64,000 bases of DNA from Dehalococcoidia bacterium (lineage in GTDB: Bacteria > Chloroflexota > Dehalococcoidia > GIF9 > UBA5629). Both the position numbers and the translations under genes were made by a program. Positions 31,671 through 40,958 of the stretch are shown here, one piece after another. The stretch is taken from contig JBEKIW010000004.1 in the NCBI GenBank assembly GCA_050011565.1, forward strand, positions 113,522 to 177,521, read 5' to 3'. A model generated the notes under the pieces. It saw only the letters and a list, made by a program, of their open reading frames with translations, did no database searches and was not told the origin of the DNA. Position 1 is the first letter of the stretch. Each line of letters opens with the position of its first letter.

Positions 31671-33731
31671 CTACTGAACGCTATACATCATGCTGCCTAC
31701 ATCGAACTCCGAGCCAGGAGTAACTGCCGTGCTGGTAACCGAGAAGACTATATATACTATCATGATTCCATCGCTCACGGTCTGCGCACGAACCTGGGCC
31801 TGGGTATCGCCCGGCTGCACTATGCCGGATAGAGAGTTGTTATCTTTGTCTTTATTATATATATCCAAATCAACACCGCCGATTGTTCCCGTGGCCTCTC
31901 CATCCAGGGCAGACGGAGTAAATCCGGTGGACGTTGAATATGAATTGAATACATTATTATAGTAGTTATTGTCGCCGGAATTATGGTCTCCTAGATAGAC
32001 AAAGCCAGCAGAATGTTGCCCCTTGAACTGGAAAGAGTCGGGGGTAATTTGTGGATCGCCCTCGGCGACGAAGTAACCCACCTTGGCATCGATGTTAGTA
32101 GAGGGAGCTTGAAAGCCAGAAATGGTGAATGTGGCTGAAACAGTGCTGCCGTTCCCCCAGAGATAGGCAAGATTGTCATATGTGTAGATTTGGTGTACCC
32201 CTACTGCCGTCTGTTGGCTGGAATAAATGATAATCATCGACCAGCCGGCGTTGGCTGCCTGGTACTTTAAATCCGAGGCACACGTAGTAGCGGGGGTTGC
32301 GTTAACGGCACCCACGGTGAACATCGTGTTTCTGATGCCCGTAGGGGTTATCGCTTTTACCCTGTCGGAAACGTCGGCAAAACCGGCGTACTGGTAACCG
32401 TTTGAACCAGAGGTTGCCATATTGTAATATCTGTCAGCCGTTACTGTTCCGTCTGTTCCCACCAAATGTCCATTAACCTTGAGTGTCACTTGTGTATCGG
32501 GATTACTAGTGCTCAACCAGCCTGTCCAGTAAAGATATGCTTTCTCTATTTTGGCGTCTGATGGCCCGAAATCAGCATTGATTGTGGCACTGCTTTCTGT
32601 GTAGTATTTGCCGAGACAGTTCCATTCGCAATCATAATTACAGGGTGGTCCCGCTTTATAATTGGGATTACGAGTAGTCCCGGCATTATACCAGCAACAT
32701 GTCATCAGGCTATTACCGATAGCTATATAATCTCCCTGGACAGCTGAGGCGCTGCCGGTAGTACCGCCGATATAGCGTGTCATCCCTTTGGGGGCGTAAG
32801 CCTCGATTGTGGTGTTATCAGTAGCGCCGGGTGTAAAGCTTGTGGACTTAACGTGATAGAAGCCTGAGATAGTATCCCAGGCAATGCTCTGATTGCCCAG
32901 CTGTATCCAGGGGAAAAATCCGTTGGCTCGTTTAAAAGGTGTAACGGTGTACTTGAAGGACAGCTGTACGCTGGGTGGGTACTTATCTGCCGGTATCAAA
33001 CCACCTCCAGGAGGAAGAGGGGCGATGTCGGAGAGGTCTTTAAAAGTTCTACCCAAATAGTCCCATTTATAAATGGTGCCGCCGCGCCAGAACTGCTGGG
33101 AGGTATAATTCTTGACATATTGGTAGTTAGTTCCTGGCCCACCGATGGGAACGCCATTAATTTTTACATTACTAGTAAGACTGTTAATACTGTATCCTTG
33201 AGGTAGCCAGACGCTAATATTGTCAAGTGGTGTTGTGGCAGCCGCAGTGGTGCTGACCTGGATAACGTAGGTGGAGTTATCACTAATATTAAGAGCGCTA
33301 ATAAGTGTCCAGTTGGCAGCACCGCTCGTAGGTTGCGTGTCTGGATAGCCAGTGAGGCCCTTTAAAAGCCAGGGAGTGCTAATATTCACCTGCACATCGT
33401 CATTGTTTACTTTCACTCTCTGAGCCGTCTGATTATCACTCAGCCAATATGTTATCCCAGATGTTGGCCAATAAAGTGTGGGATTGATTATTTTCGTTCG
33501 AGCATCACTTTGCAGATACCACATGGCGTTGTCTATACCGGCATCGGCGGCATACAGTTCCCGCGTGTGCAGGTTCACGCTTTGGGTGGCCTTGAGGTTG
33601 GTGGTGGCGAGAGAAAGAGTGGGGACAATGGCTGCGGCTCCGAGTAGCATCAGTAACAGCGCCATTGGTAAAGTTTGTCCGGCTTCTTTTGGCAACATTC
33701 GTCTTAGTAGCTTCATGTTCAACCTCCCCAA
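31671..33731 (-). CDS. Large PilX-like minor pilin / tip adhesin
   Basis: Prepilin-like G|QTLPMALLL (no Glu5) and YAADAGI..A motif. Large beta-rich C-terminal region with KAYLYW...ADVSD...GWSMIIIY. Confidence 0.7.
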   Translation of the reverse strand: MGRLNMKLLRRMLPKEAGQTLPMALLLMLLGAAAIVPTLSLATTNLKATQSVNLHTRELYAADAGIDNAMWYLQSDARTKIINPTLYWPTSGITYWLSDNQTAQRVKVNNDDVQVNISTPWLLKGLTGYPDTQPTSGAANWTLISALNISDNSTYVIQVSTTAAATTPLDNISVWLPQGYSINSLTSNVKINGVPIGGPGTNYQYVKNYTSQQFWRGGTIYKWDYLGRTFKDLSDIAPLPPGGGLIPADKYPPSVQLSFKYTVTPFKRANGFFPWIQLGNQSIAWDTISGFYHVKSTSFTPGATDNTTIEAYAPKGMTRYIGGTTGSASAVQGDYIAIGNSLMTCCWYNAGTTRNPNYKAGPPCNYDCEWNCLGKYYTESSATINADFGPSDAKIEKAYLYWTGWLSTSNPDTQVTLKVNGHLVGTDGTVTADRYYNMATSGSNGYQYAGFADVSDRVKAITPTGIRNTMFTVGAVNATPATTCASDLKYQAANAGWSMIIIYSSQQTAVGVHQIYTYDNLAYLWGNGSTVSATFTISGFQAPSTNIDAKVGYFVAEGDPQITPDSFQFKGQHSAGFVYLGDHNSGDNNYYNNVFNSYSTSTGFTPSALDGEATGTIGGVDLDIYNKDKDNNSLSGIVQPGDTQAQVRAQTVSDGIMIVYIVFSVTSTAVTPGSEFDVGSMMYSVQ

Positions 33732-34255
33732 TCCGTTGGTCGCGGGCTTATCTGATAAGTATCCTGCACATATCTTGTGCCATTCAACGAGGCTCTTATG
33801 TTCACAGTCAACTTCATTAAAGTAGTATCCCAGGTACAGTTAGTGTAGGCGGGGACGATATATTGAGCGATTAAAATTGCAGGTCCACCATTAAGACTAC
33901 GCGTCAGCGTATTACCGTTGAGAATATATTGAATATCATTGTTATATTGAGTACCACTGATATTGTTCCAATCGCTCCATTTAAGAGACAGGAAAACACC
34001 GGGTGTATTGCTGCTCACTACCTGCGCCATGACAGCATCGCGGGTAATCCAGTGACCGGCGTTCTGCACCTGGCGCAGATTTACATTCCATTCGTCATTC
34101 TGCGAGGTGGTTCTCGTTATGGTGATTATGGATGCCGACATAACGCCGATAATAGCGCCGGCTATAGCCAGCGCCACCAACATCTCGATGAGAGTAAACC
34201 CCTTCTCAGTTATCTTCGGCATTGTCTTTCTCTTTTCGCCGCTGTATGCCTTCAT
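33719..34255 (-). CDS. Minor type IV pilin (PilW/GspJ-like)
   Basis: G|FTLIEMLVALAI and QNAGHWITRD motifs. Confidence 0.85.
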   Translation of the reverse strand: MKAYSGEKRKTMPKITEKGFTLIEMLVALAIAGAIIGVMSASIITITRTTSQNDEWNVNLRQVQNAGHWITRDAVMAQVVSSNTPGVFLSLKWSDWNNISGTQYNNDIQYILNGNTLTRSLNGGPAILIAQYIVPAYTNCTWDTTLMKLTVNIRASLNGTRYVQDTYQISPRPTDWGG

Positions 34256-34319
34256 TTTGTCCAGATAATTTAGCTGCGACCTGCAGTCCCGGCTCTTTCT
34301 GTGCTAGCGATAGCAGTGC

Positions 34320-34751
34320 TCATTGTCCGATCTTGTACTTATAGCCCTCCAGAGTGAAGTCTGGCTTTGGCTTGGTGCCATGGGTAACAGTAACTGTTAT
34401 TTTCTGGAGTCCTTCATCGGCACCAGTATGGAGGCCCTGAGGGTCCAGGGGTACGAACGCAATCCCTATGTGATATCCGGCAGGTTCTGTGATTTTGGTA
34501 TATTGTCCGGTAACGCTGTAATTTTGTTGCTTTATAGACTCCATTTGCGATTTAGCTAAGCCTTCGGCGGATACTTGATCCTGGCCGACCATTACCGCCT
34601 TAGATGAGGTTGACACAGCGACAAGGAAGACACCGGCAACTGCGGCTAAAAGGGCGAGCGCTATCAGGACTTCCACCAGATTAAAACCTTGCTCGCCGTT
34701 GAGGGCAGAGCGGAAGCTCGGAAATGACCACCGGTGCCGGCTTTTAGTCAT
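34320..34751 (-). CDS. Minor type IV pilin (PilV/GspI-like)
   Basis: G|FNLVEVLIALALL, A..LA.SQME.IK and LQKITVTV motifs. Confidence 0.85.
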   Translation of the reverse strand: MTKSRHRWSFPSFRSALNGEQGFNLVEVLIALALLAAVAGVFLVAVSTSSKAVMVGQDQVSAEGLAKSQMESIKQQNYSVTGQYTKITEPAGYHIGIAFVPLDPQGLHTGADEGLQKITVTVTHGTKPKPDFTLEGYKYKIGQ

Positions 34752-35984
34752 CTAGCCACCTGCTCCTCCTACCAGGCTAAGGGAGCTGTAGATGGGCATA
34801 AAAACAGCCAGGGCGAGGAAGCCAACTCCCACCCCCATGGCTATGGTCATCACCGGCTCAATCATGCCGAGCATGGTCTGTGTCCTTCTGTCGGCTTCGA
34901 TTTCAAAGTTTTCAGCTACCATAATTAGTGACTCGTCCAGACTGCCTGTTTCCTCACCTACCTTGGTCATTTCCACCATCATAGGCAAAAAGACAGGGTT
35001 GTTGCTCATTGGTTTAGACATTCCCTGGCCTCTGAGCATGCCCTGTTCCACCTGGCTCAAAGCTCTGGATACAACTCGATTGCCAGTGGCTTGAATGGTC
35101 AGAGCCATAACTTCAGGAATTGGCAGACCGGCGCGAAATAACACCGATAAGCTGCGGCAAGCCCGTGCCAGCTCAGTTAACAGATTCAGCCGACCGAGCA
35201 ACGGCAACCGCAACATAATCCTATCGCGGTTATAACGTCCGGTTGGCGTCCGGCCGTAAAAGAAACCGACTGCAATCAAAGCGATGATGCCCACGAATAA
35301 AAATACGCCAAAATGTTGCAGGAAACCCATACTGGCGAGGAGAATCCTGGTGGGTAGAGGTAGCTCGCCGCCCAACGTGCTGAACATCTTAATCAGTGGC
35401 GGCAGCAGGACGGTGAGCATGATTATGGCAACAACGATTGCCAAACAGAAGACAATAACGGGATACATCATGGCCTGCTTGATTTTAGACATAGATGCGG
35501 TCAGACGCTCGGTGTAAGTAGCTAAGCTCTTAAGTACGGTTTCCAGCGAGCCAGTCTGCTCACCGACGCTAATCATCTTGCAGTAAAGCTTAGAAAAGAC
35601 CTGAGGATGCTGGGCCAGAGCCAGCGATAGCGATTTGCCTCCTCGGAGGTCGTTGATTACTGCAAGAAGCACTCTCTTTAGCCCTGAGTCGGTTGACTGG
35701 TTTTGGAGCAACTCCAGGGCCTGGATGATACCGACGCCTGATTCCAAAAGCAGCGCCAGTTGCCGGGAGAAGGTAACCATCTCCGCCGACTTAACCTTTT
35801 TCCGGAAAAATCCACCTGAGGATGAAAACAAGCGTGTGTCTGGCTTAAGGCTGACCACCCGGTAGCCGATGTTAGACAACATATCCGCGGCTGCGCGCTC
35901 ATCAGCCGCTGAAATCCTTCCCTTTACCATTTGCCGGTCTGCGGCATATCCTTGATAGGTATAGTCCATATCACTAACCTCCAA
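34752..35984 (-). CDS. pilC: Type IV pilus platform protein (GspF/PilC family)
   Basis: FSRQLALLLESG, GEQTGSL, AMMYP, ELPLPTRIL, GEETGSLD and IEP motifs. Confidence 0.95.
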   Translation of the reverse strand: MEVSDMDYTYQGYAADRQMVKGRISAADERAAADMLSNIGYRVVSLKPDTRLFSSSGGFFRKKVKSAEMVTFSRQLALLLESGVGIIQALELLQNQSTDSGLKRVLLAVINDLRGGKSLSLALAQHPQVFSKLYCKMISVGEQTGSLETVLKSLATYTERLTASMSKIKQAMMYPVIVFCLAIVVAIIMLTVLLPPLIKMFSTLGGELPLPTRILLASMGFLQHFGVFLFVGIIALIAVGFFYGRTPTGRYNRDRIMLRLPLLGRLNLLTELARACRSLSVLFRAGLPIPEVMALTIQATGNRVVSRALSQVEQGMLRGQGMSKPMSNNPVFLPMMVEMTKVGEETGSLDESLIMVAENFEIEADRRTQTMLGMIEPVMTIAMGVGVGFLALAVFMPIYSSLSLVGGAGG

Positions 35985-36046
35985 ATTAGATAACGAGGCT
36001 AACGCCCCACGGCCATATTTCAGAGCCGCCAGTATATTTCATTGCT

Positions 36047-38455
36047 TTAATCACCTACGGAATAGGCGTTGCGTAGCACTTCATACGGTGTGGTGATGCC
36101 GGCCCCGGCCTTAAGCATGCCGTCTTTGGACAGAGTTATCATTCCTTCCTCAATCGCCTGGGCACGAATGTCAGCAGCAGTAGCACCGGTAACAATCAAT
36201 CGCCTGATTTCATCGCTCATGGTCAGAATTTCAAAAAGACCTGTCCTACCCAGATAACCGGTGTACGTACATAATTTGCAGCCGGCACCGTAATCGAACT
36301 CGAGTCGTTCCTCACCTGTTTCGCGGTAATAAGCTTTCTGCTCTACCAGAGGCGCTTCGACCTTGCGAGCGCAGCTGGTACAGACCCGCCGAACCATTCG
36401 TTGGGCCGCGATACAGATAACGGCTGAGCATATGAGGAAAGGCTCAACACCGAGGTCGATAAGTCGAAATAGTACGCCTACCGTATCATTGGCATGGACT
36501 GAAGATAGCACCAGATGGCCGGTTAGAGCAGACTGGGTGGCTATGTCAGCGGTCTCACTATCTCGAATCTCACCGACCAGTATAACGTCGGGATCAAGCC
36601 GTACTATAGCCCGCAATCCACTGGCAAAGGTTACACCGGCCTTGGTATTTATTTGTATCTGGTTTATACCCTGGAAACGATACTCCACGGGGTCTTCGAT
36701 GGTAATGATGTTGCGGCCTACCTTATCGAGTGAGTTGACCGCAGCATAAAGCGTTGTTGTCTTGCCGGCGCCGGTAGGGCCACTGAGCAATAGCATGCCA
36801 TAAGGTGCCATAAGCATACGCTCGAACTGTTCCTGGCTCTCCGGCAGGAAACCTAGTTGAGACAGAGATAGGGCGGCCATTGATTTATCCAGAAGGCGAA
36901 GTACTGCCGTTTCACCGTGGACAGTGCTGATACTGGCTACCCGAATGTCAATATCTTTGCCCGTGGCGACAAGTGAGAACTGACCATCTTGAGGGCGGCG
37001 TGGGTCAGCGATATTCATACCGGCCAGAATTTTAATGCGGGAAATAAGCGGTCCGTGAGCACCAATGGGCAGTGAGGTGACCTCGTGAAGTATACCATCG
37101 ATACGATATCGGACACGTAACCTATCTTCTTCAGGTTCGATATGAATATCGGAAGCACGGGCTTTTACCGCCTCTTCAACTAATAAATTAAGCGCCTTGG
37201 CTATCGGAGAACCATCGGCTATCTCGGCAGCAGCTTTATCTACAGGTATTATCCCTGAGGCTACTGCTGCCAGGTTGAACTGTTTGTCTATTTCGCCAAA
37301 CTTGCCTATTTCGCCAAACTGTTTGCCTACTTCGCCAGGGGTTTTGTAGTTGAAATCAATGGCTGCTTGCACATCCGCGAGTGTTGCCGGCACCGGCTCG
37401 ATTCTCATTTTGGTTCTAGCAGCCAGGGCTTGTATAGCCAAAATATCGCCAGGGTTGACCATGGCTACACGTAAAGTATTATCGTTAACCGCCAATGGTA
37501 CTGCATTATACTTTCTAGCCAGTTTTTCGGGGATGATACTAAGGACTTCCGGCGACGGGGCTTGAATCGGTACGTTAATTTTAGCGGCGCCGGAAACCAG
37601 CCCGGTAACCACCGGCGGTTCAGCGCGTATCGATTCAGCTACTTTGACTGCGCCTGTTTCCTTGCTTGCTTGTGCAGCTGCCTTTTTAGCTGTATGGGGT
37701 TCAGCGGCTGGTTTCTCTTGTGTTGCCTTACCAATTTCAAAGACTTTTATCTGCTGTTTCTCGGCGAATTGCCTGGCTTCATCGCTGAGTTTCGGTGATG
37801 CCACAATCAGACTGCGGACAATGCCCGTGTCTTTAGCTCTAGAATCAATTAAAGATAACGGCTCTATACCCACCTCATCGTCCGCCGAGAGAAAATCTAT
37901 GCTGACTGGATGGGTAATAAGGCCATCGTCCACATAGGCCAAGACATCAAAGATATGCTCGGCTTCTGATATGCCATTTACCTTAACTTTTTCCTCGGTT
38001 TTGTAGCCACGTTCGGTCAATGATTTTAGTAGCTGGGCTCTAGTGCCGAATTCAACAGGCTTGTGGTGTTTGGCTGCGGGTGGCGCTGCACTCAGGAATG
38101 CATTTAGACCCTTTTCATCAAAAACTTTTATGCTTTCTTGCTGGGCGAAGTTGGCGGCCATGGCACCAAGTTTGGGTATAGCGATAAAGACTCTGTCAGC
38201 TATGCCGGCATCATTTGCTTTCTCATCGAAATTGAATAGTGCACCCAGGCCTACTTCTTCACGCTGGCTGACAGATGACCCGATGGCTACATCGTAACTG
38301 AAAAGGCCATCGTCTTTATGTGCCATCATAGCAAACTTATGCTCAGTTCCCGAACTGCCCTTGACTTTAGCATCCATGGTTACTTCGTAGCCATGCTGCT
38401 TCAGGCGTTGCGCGAACTGGCTCTCGCGTGTTTGTTGGGAATCTGCCTTCGCCAT
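36047..38455 (-). CDS. pilB: Pilus assembly ATPase (PilB/GspE) with two N-terminal restriction-endonuclease-like domains
   Basis: ASDIHIEP, RYRIDG, PQDG, GPTGAGKTT, TIEDPVE, DPDVILVGEIRD, TGHLVLSSVH and two CxxC motifs. Residues ~10-243 are two repeats of an L...GY....K..G.S..H.FD..A domain. Confidence 0.93.
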   Translation of the reverse strand: MAKADSQQTRESQFAQRLKQHGYEVTMDAKVKGSSGTEHKFAMMAHKDDGLFSYDVAIGSSVSQREEVGLGALFNFDEKANDAGIADRVFIAIPKLGAMAANFAQQESIKVFDEKGLNAFLSAAPPAAKHHKPVEFGTRAQLLKSLTERGYKTEEKVKVNGISEAEHIFDVLAYVDDGLITHPVSIDFLSADDEVGIEPLSLIDSRAKDTGIVRSLIVASPKLSDEARQFAEKQQIKVFEIGKATQEKPAAEPHTAKKAAAQASKETGAVKVAESIRAEPPVVTGLVSGAAKINVPIQAPSPEVLSIIPEKLARKYNAVPLAVNDNTLRVAMVNPGDILAIQALAARTKMRIEPVPATLADVQAAIDFNYKTPGEVGKQFGEIGKFGEIDKQFNLAAVASGIIPVDKAAAEIADGSPIAKALNLLVEEAVKARASDIHIEPEEDRLRVRYRIDGILHEVTSLPIGAHGPLISRIKILAGMNIADPRRPQDGQFSLVATGKDIDIRVASISTVHGETAVLRLLDKSMAALSLSQLGFLPESQEQFERMLMAPYGMLLLSGPTGAGKTTTLYAAVNSLDKVGRNIITIEDPVEYRFQGINQIQINTKAGVTFASGLRAIVRLDPDVILVGEIRDSETADIATQSALTGHLVLSSVHANDTVGVLFRLIDLGVEPFLICSAVICIAAQRMVRRVCTSCARKVEAPLVEQKAYYRETGEERLEFDYGAGCKLCTYTGYLGRTGLFEILTMSDEIRRLIVTGATAADIRAQAIEEGMITLSKDGMLKAGAGITTPYEVLRNAYSVGD

Positions 38456-38501
38456 TTGTAATTTCGCCTCGTTTTAAAAACAAGTATATCCCGAGACACA
38501 C

Positions 38502-38540
38502 AACCCCATGAAGCCAAATTTTCATTGGTTTCACGGGGTT
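38502..38540 (-). terminator. Hairpin between the last roadblock gene and pilB
   Basis: AACCCCATGAAGCCAA...TTGGTTTCACGGGGTT inverted repeat. The U-tract is weak. Confidence 0.45.
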
Positions 38541-38564
38541 TATCTCTTTGTCGTCGTTTTAAAT

Positions 38565-38990
38565 TCAGGGGGCTATAGTTCCCATACCATCCCTTCGGGG
38601 CAACGGCTCATGTCCGGGCAGCGCCCGCTCCAGTCTTGGGGCATAATTGTTGTTAGCCATGCGTATCATGCCCAGCGGCACGGTGCTAGGGGCACTGACA
38701 ACCATAAAGCAAGCCCCGTCAGCTATGGGTTTTATCACCTGGTAGGTGAAGGCGGTACTGAAAATGACATCGTCGAGCTTGCCAAATTCAGTAGTCGATT
38801 GTTTGAAGGCATCGATTGCTCCATTAATCGTCTGAATAAACCCGCCCAGCGAGTCGGGTGGCAGTTTATTATCGGGTGAGTCCCAGGATGAAAGCAACAT
38901 CCCATCATTATCGGCAACTGCTATCACCCAGGTTCCTGCCAGTCCCCCCGCCATCTCAGACAACAACTCCTTCATATTGGTATTAGGCAT
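38565..38990 (-). CDS. Roadblock/LC7-like protein (paralogue 4)
   Basis: Roadblock-type pattern: helix, VIAVADNDGMLL, helix, three strands, VPLGMIR helix. SD GGAGGTG. Confidence 0.7.
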   Translation of the reverse strand: MPNTNMKELLSEMAGGLAGTWVIAVADNDGMLLSSWDSPDNKLPPDSLGGFIQTINGAIDAFKQSTTEFGKLDDVIFSTAFTYQVIKPIADGACFMVVSAPSTVPLGMIRMANNNYAPRLERALPGHEPLPRRDGMGTIAP

Positions 38991-39076
38991 TAAAGCTCAC
39001 CTCCTTTCTCCACTTTTCCGGTATCGAAAATAACTCCATTCTCCAAGCTTTTCAGATACAAAATCAACTTGGTTCA

Positions 39077-39141
39077 AGTGTAAGCAAGTCAAGTATGTTT
39101 GTCAAGCAAAACGATAGGTTCTATGTAGCACTTTAGTCCTA
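39077..39141 (-). promoter_or_regulatory. Promoter with upstream palindrome (roadblock paralogue 4)
   Basis: TTGACA(39105-39100)-N17-TACACT(39082-39077). TAGCAC-TTTA-GTCCTA at 39126-39141 lies 20 nt from the -35 box. Confidence 0.7.
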
Positions 39142-39196
39142 TGTGGAACTTAGTGGAATACCGTAGCGATACAGGTTAACAACTGCAGGTTTGACT

Positions 39197-39592
39197 TCAG
39201 GTGGCTATTGGCTCGCGGCCGGGAATGGCCTGCTCCAGCCTGGGGACATAATTTTTGAACGCGGTACGTATCGAACCCAGAGATATCGTCCTCGACGCGT
39301 CCGCTACTATAAAGCAAGAACCATTGCAAATCGGCTTAAGCATCATATAACTTAAGGATGTACCCAGTACGATATCATCGAGCTTGCTGAATCCATTGGA
39401 CGATTGTTTGAACGTGCTGATGGTGGACTTAATCTGTTGAATGAACTCACCCAGCGCTTCAGGTGAGAGCTTATTTTCGGATGACTCCCAGTAAGCAAGA
39501 ACCATGCAATCACTGTCTGTTACTGCTAACAGCCGGATTCCCTCGAGTCCACTTGCCATTTCAGCCAACAGGTCCTTCATGCTGATTGCCAT
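39197..39592 (-). CDS. Roadblock/LC7-like protein (paralogue 3)
   Basis: Clearly paralogous: LAVTDSDCMVL...LDDI...ISLGSIR...LEQAIPG. Confidence 0.7.
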   Translation of the reverse strand: MAISMKDLLAEMASGLEGIRLLAVTDSDCMVLAYWESSENKLSPEALGEFIQQIKSTISTFKQSSNGFSKLDDIVLGTSLSYMMLKPICNGSCFIVADASRTISLGSIRTAFKNYVPRLEQAIPGREPIAT

Positions 39593-39787
39593 TGTAGATT
39601 AGTTCCTCTTTAATCCGATTATTGTTATCTTACAGCGTTGAGTGAATTAGCTCTCAAATATTTGCCTGATATCTGCTTCCGCCGTCTATCTCTGGTATCA
39701 TCGCAAGTAAGGATTATTTTTGAAGAATAACACACACTGTAATATATAAATTACGTAGGTAGTGTGTCTTTGCTGGTCTGTTTAACT

Positions 39788-40213
39788 TCAGGGGATGATG
39801 GTCCCCATGCCGTCCTTGCGCGGCGATGGCTGGCGGCCGGGCAGAGATTGCTCCAGTCTCGGGGCATAATTGTTGATAGTCGTACGTATCATGCCCAGAG
39901 GCACACTCCTGGGAGCGCTAACTACTATAAAGCAGGTGGCATCAGCTATAGGCTTAATTATCTGGTGGACCTGAGTGGTACTGAATATGATATCCTTGAA
40001 GCTGCTGAAGCCTACTGGCGACTGTTTAAATATGACCACCGCGTTATTAAATATCTGCATAAATCCGCCCAATGCTTCGGGAGAAACTTTATTATCGGGC
40101 CCCTGCCAGGTTGCCAGGACCATGCTATCACTATCTATTACCGTAACCTGCCAGATTCCTGGCACTCCCCGTGCCATTTCGGACACTATATCCTTCATAT
40201 TACCGTCTGGCAC
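39788..40213 (-). CDS. Roadblock/LC7-like protein (paralogue 2)
   Basis: Paralogous: VIDSDSMVL...VPLGMIR...LEQSLPG..P.PRKDGMGT. GTG start after GGAGG. Confidence 0.7.
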   Translation of the reverse strand: MPDGNMKDIVSEMARGVPGIWQVTVIDSDSMVLATWQGPDNKVSPEALGGFMQIFNNAVVIFKQSPVGFSSFKDIIFSTTQVHQIIKPIADATCFIVVSAPRSVPLGMIRTTINNYAPRLEQSLPGRQPSPRKDGMGTIIP

Positions 40214-40270
40214 TAAGTGTTACCTCCTTTCTTAAATTAAAGATGTTTAATCTAAATAAGTTGTCTGGCT

Positions 40271-40696
40271 TCAGGAAACGACTGTTCCAATGCTATCCCT
40301 TCGCGGCAGTGCCTCATGCCCGGGCAGAGCCTGCTCCAGTTTGGGGGTATAATTATTAGCTGCCATGCGTATCATTCCCAGCGGCACGGTGTTTGGGGCA
40401 TTGACTACCATAAAGCACGCCCCATTGGCCATGGGCTTTATCACGACGGAGGAAAAACCCATACTGAATATGACATCATCGAGCTGACCGAATCCGGTAG
40501 TCGATTGTTTGAAAGCATCGATTGCTTCATTAACCGTTTGAATAAACCCGCCCAGCATTTCAGGTGGGAGTTTATTCCCGGGCGAGCTCCAGGATGAAAG
40601 CAGCATCCCATCACTATCGGCGACTATAATCACCCAGGCTCCTTCCAGTCCCCCGGCCATTTCTGACAATATGTCCTTCATTTTTATATCAGGCAT
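40271..40696 (-). CDS. Roadblock/LC7-like protein (paralogue 1)
   Basis: Paralogous, and most similar to 38565..38990. Confidence 0.7.
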   Translation of the reverse strand: MPDIKMKDILSEMAGGLEGAWVIIVADSDGMLLSSWSSPGNKLPPEMLGGFIQTVNEAIDAFKQSTTGFGQLDDVIFSMGFSSVVIKPMANGACFMVVNAPNTVPLGMIRMAANNYTPKLEQALPGHEALPRRDSIGTVVS

Positions 40697-40813
40697 TAAA
40701 GACCACCCCCTTTCGCTTTATTCCTGACCATGGAAGATAATCTAAGTTCCATATCTAACCAATAAATCACCCGCGCTTCCTGTATCGAGCGCCGGTATAT
40801 TTAATTTCATCAA

Positions 40814-40879
40814 AGTGTAGGCATGTTCTCGTACGTTTGTCAAGTTCGTTAACGTATTGGATATAGTACCTTAGTCCTA
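40814..40879 (-). promoter_or_regulatory. Promoter with upstream palindrome (roadblock paralogue 1)
   Basis: TTGACA(40843-40838)-N18-TACACT(40819-40814). TAGTAC-CTTA-GTCCTA at 40864-40879 again lies 20 nt from the -35 box. Confidence 0.7.
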
Positions 40880-40958
40880 TAGACTACTTTGGGAGGGATA
40901 GATGAATGTACCCAATTCATGCTGTATGAGGGTGAGGGTAGCTACGGACGCCAGTATT

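Noticed and set aside
37278-37336. Short GEVGKQF/GEIGKF/GEIDKQF repeat inside pilB
   Set aside because: An in-frame micro-duplication in a linker. Most likely neutral slippage.
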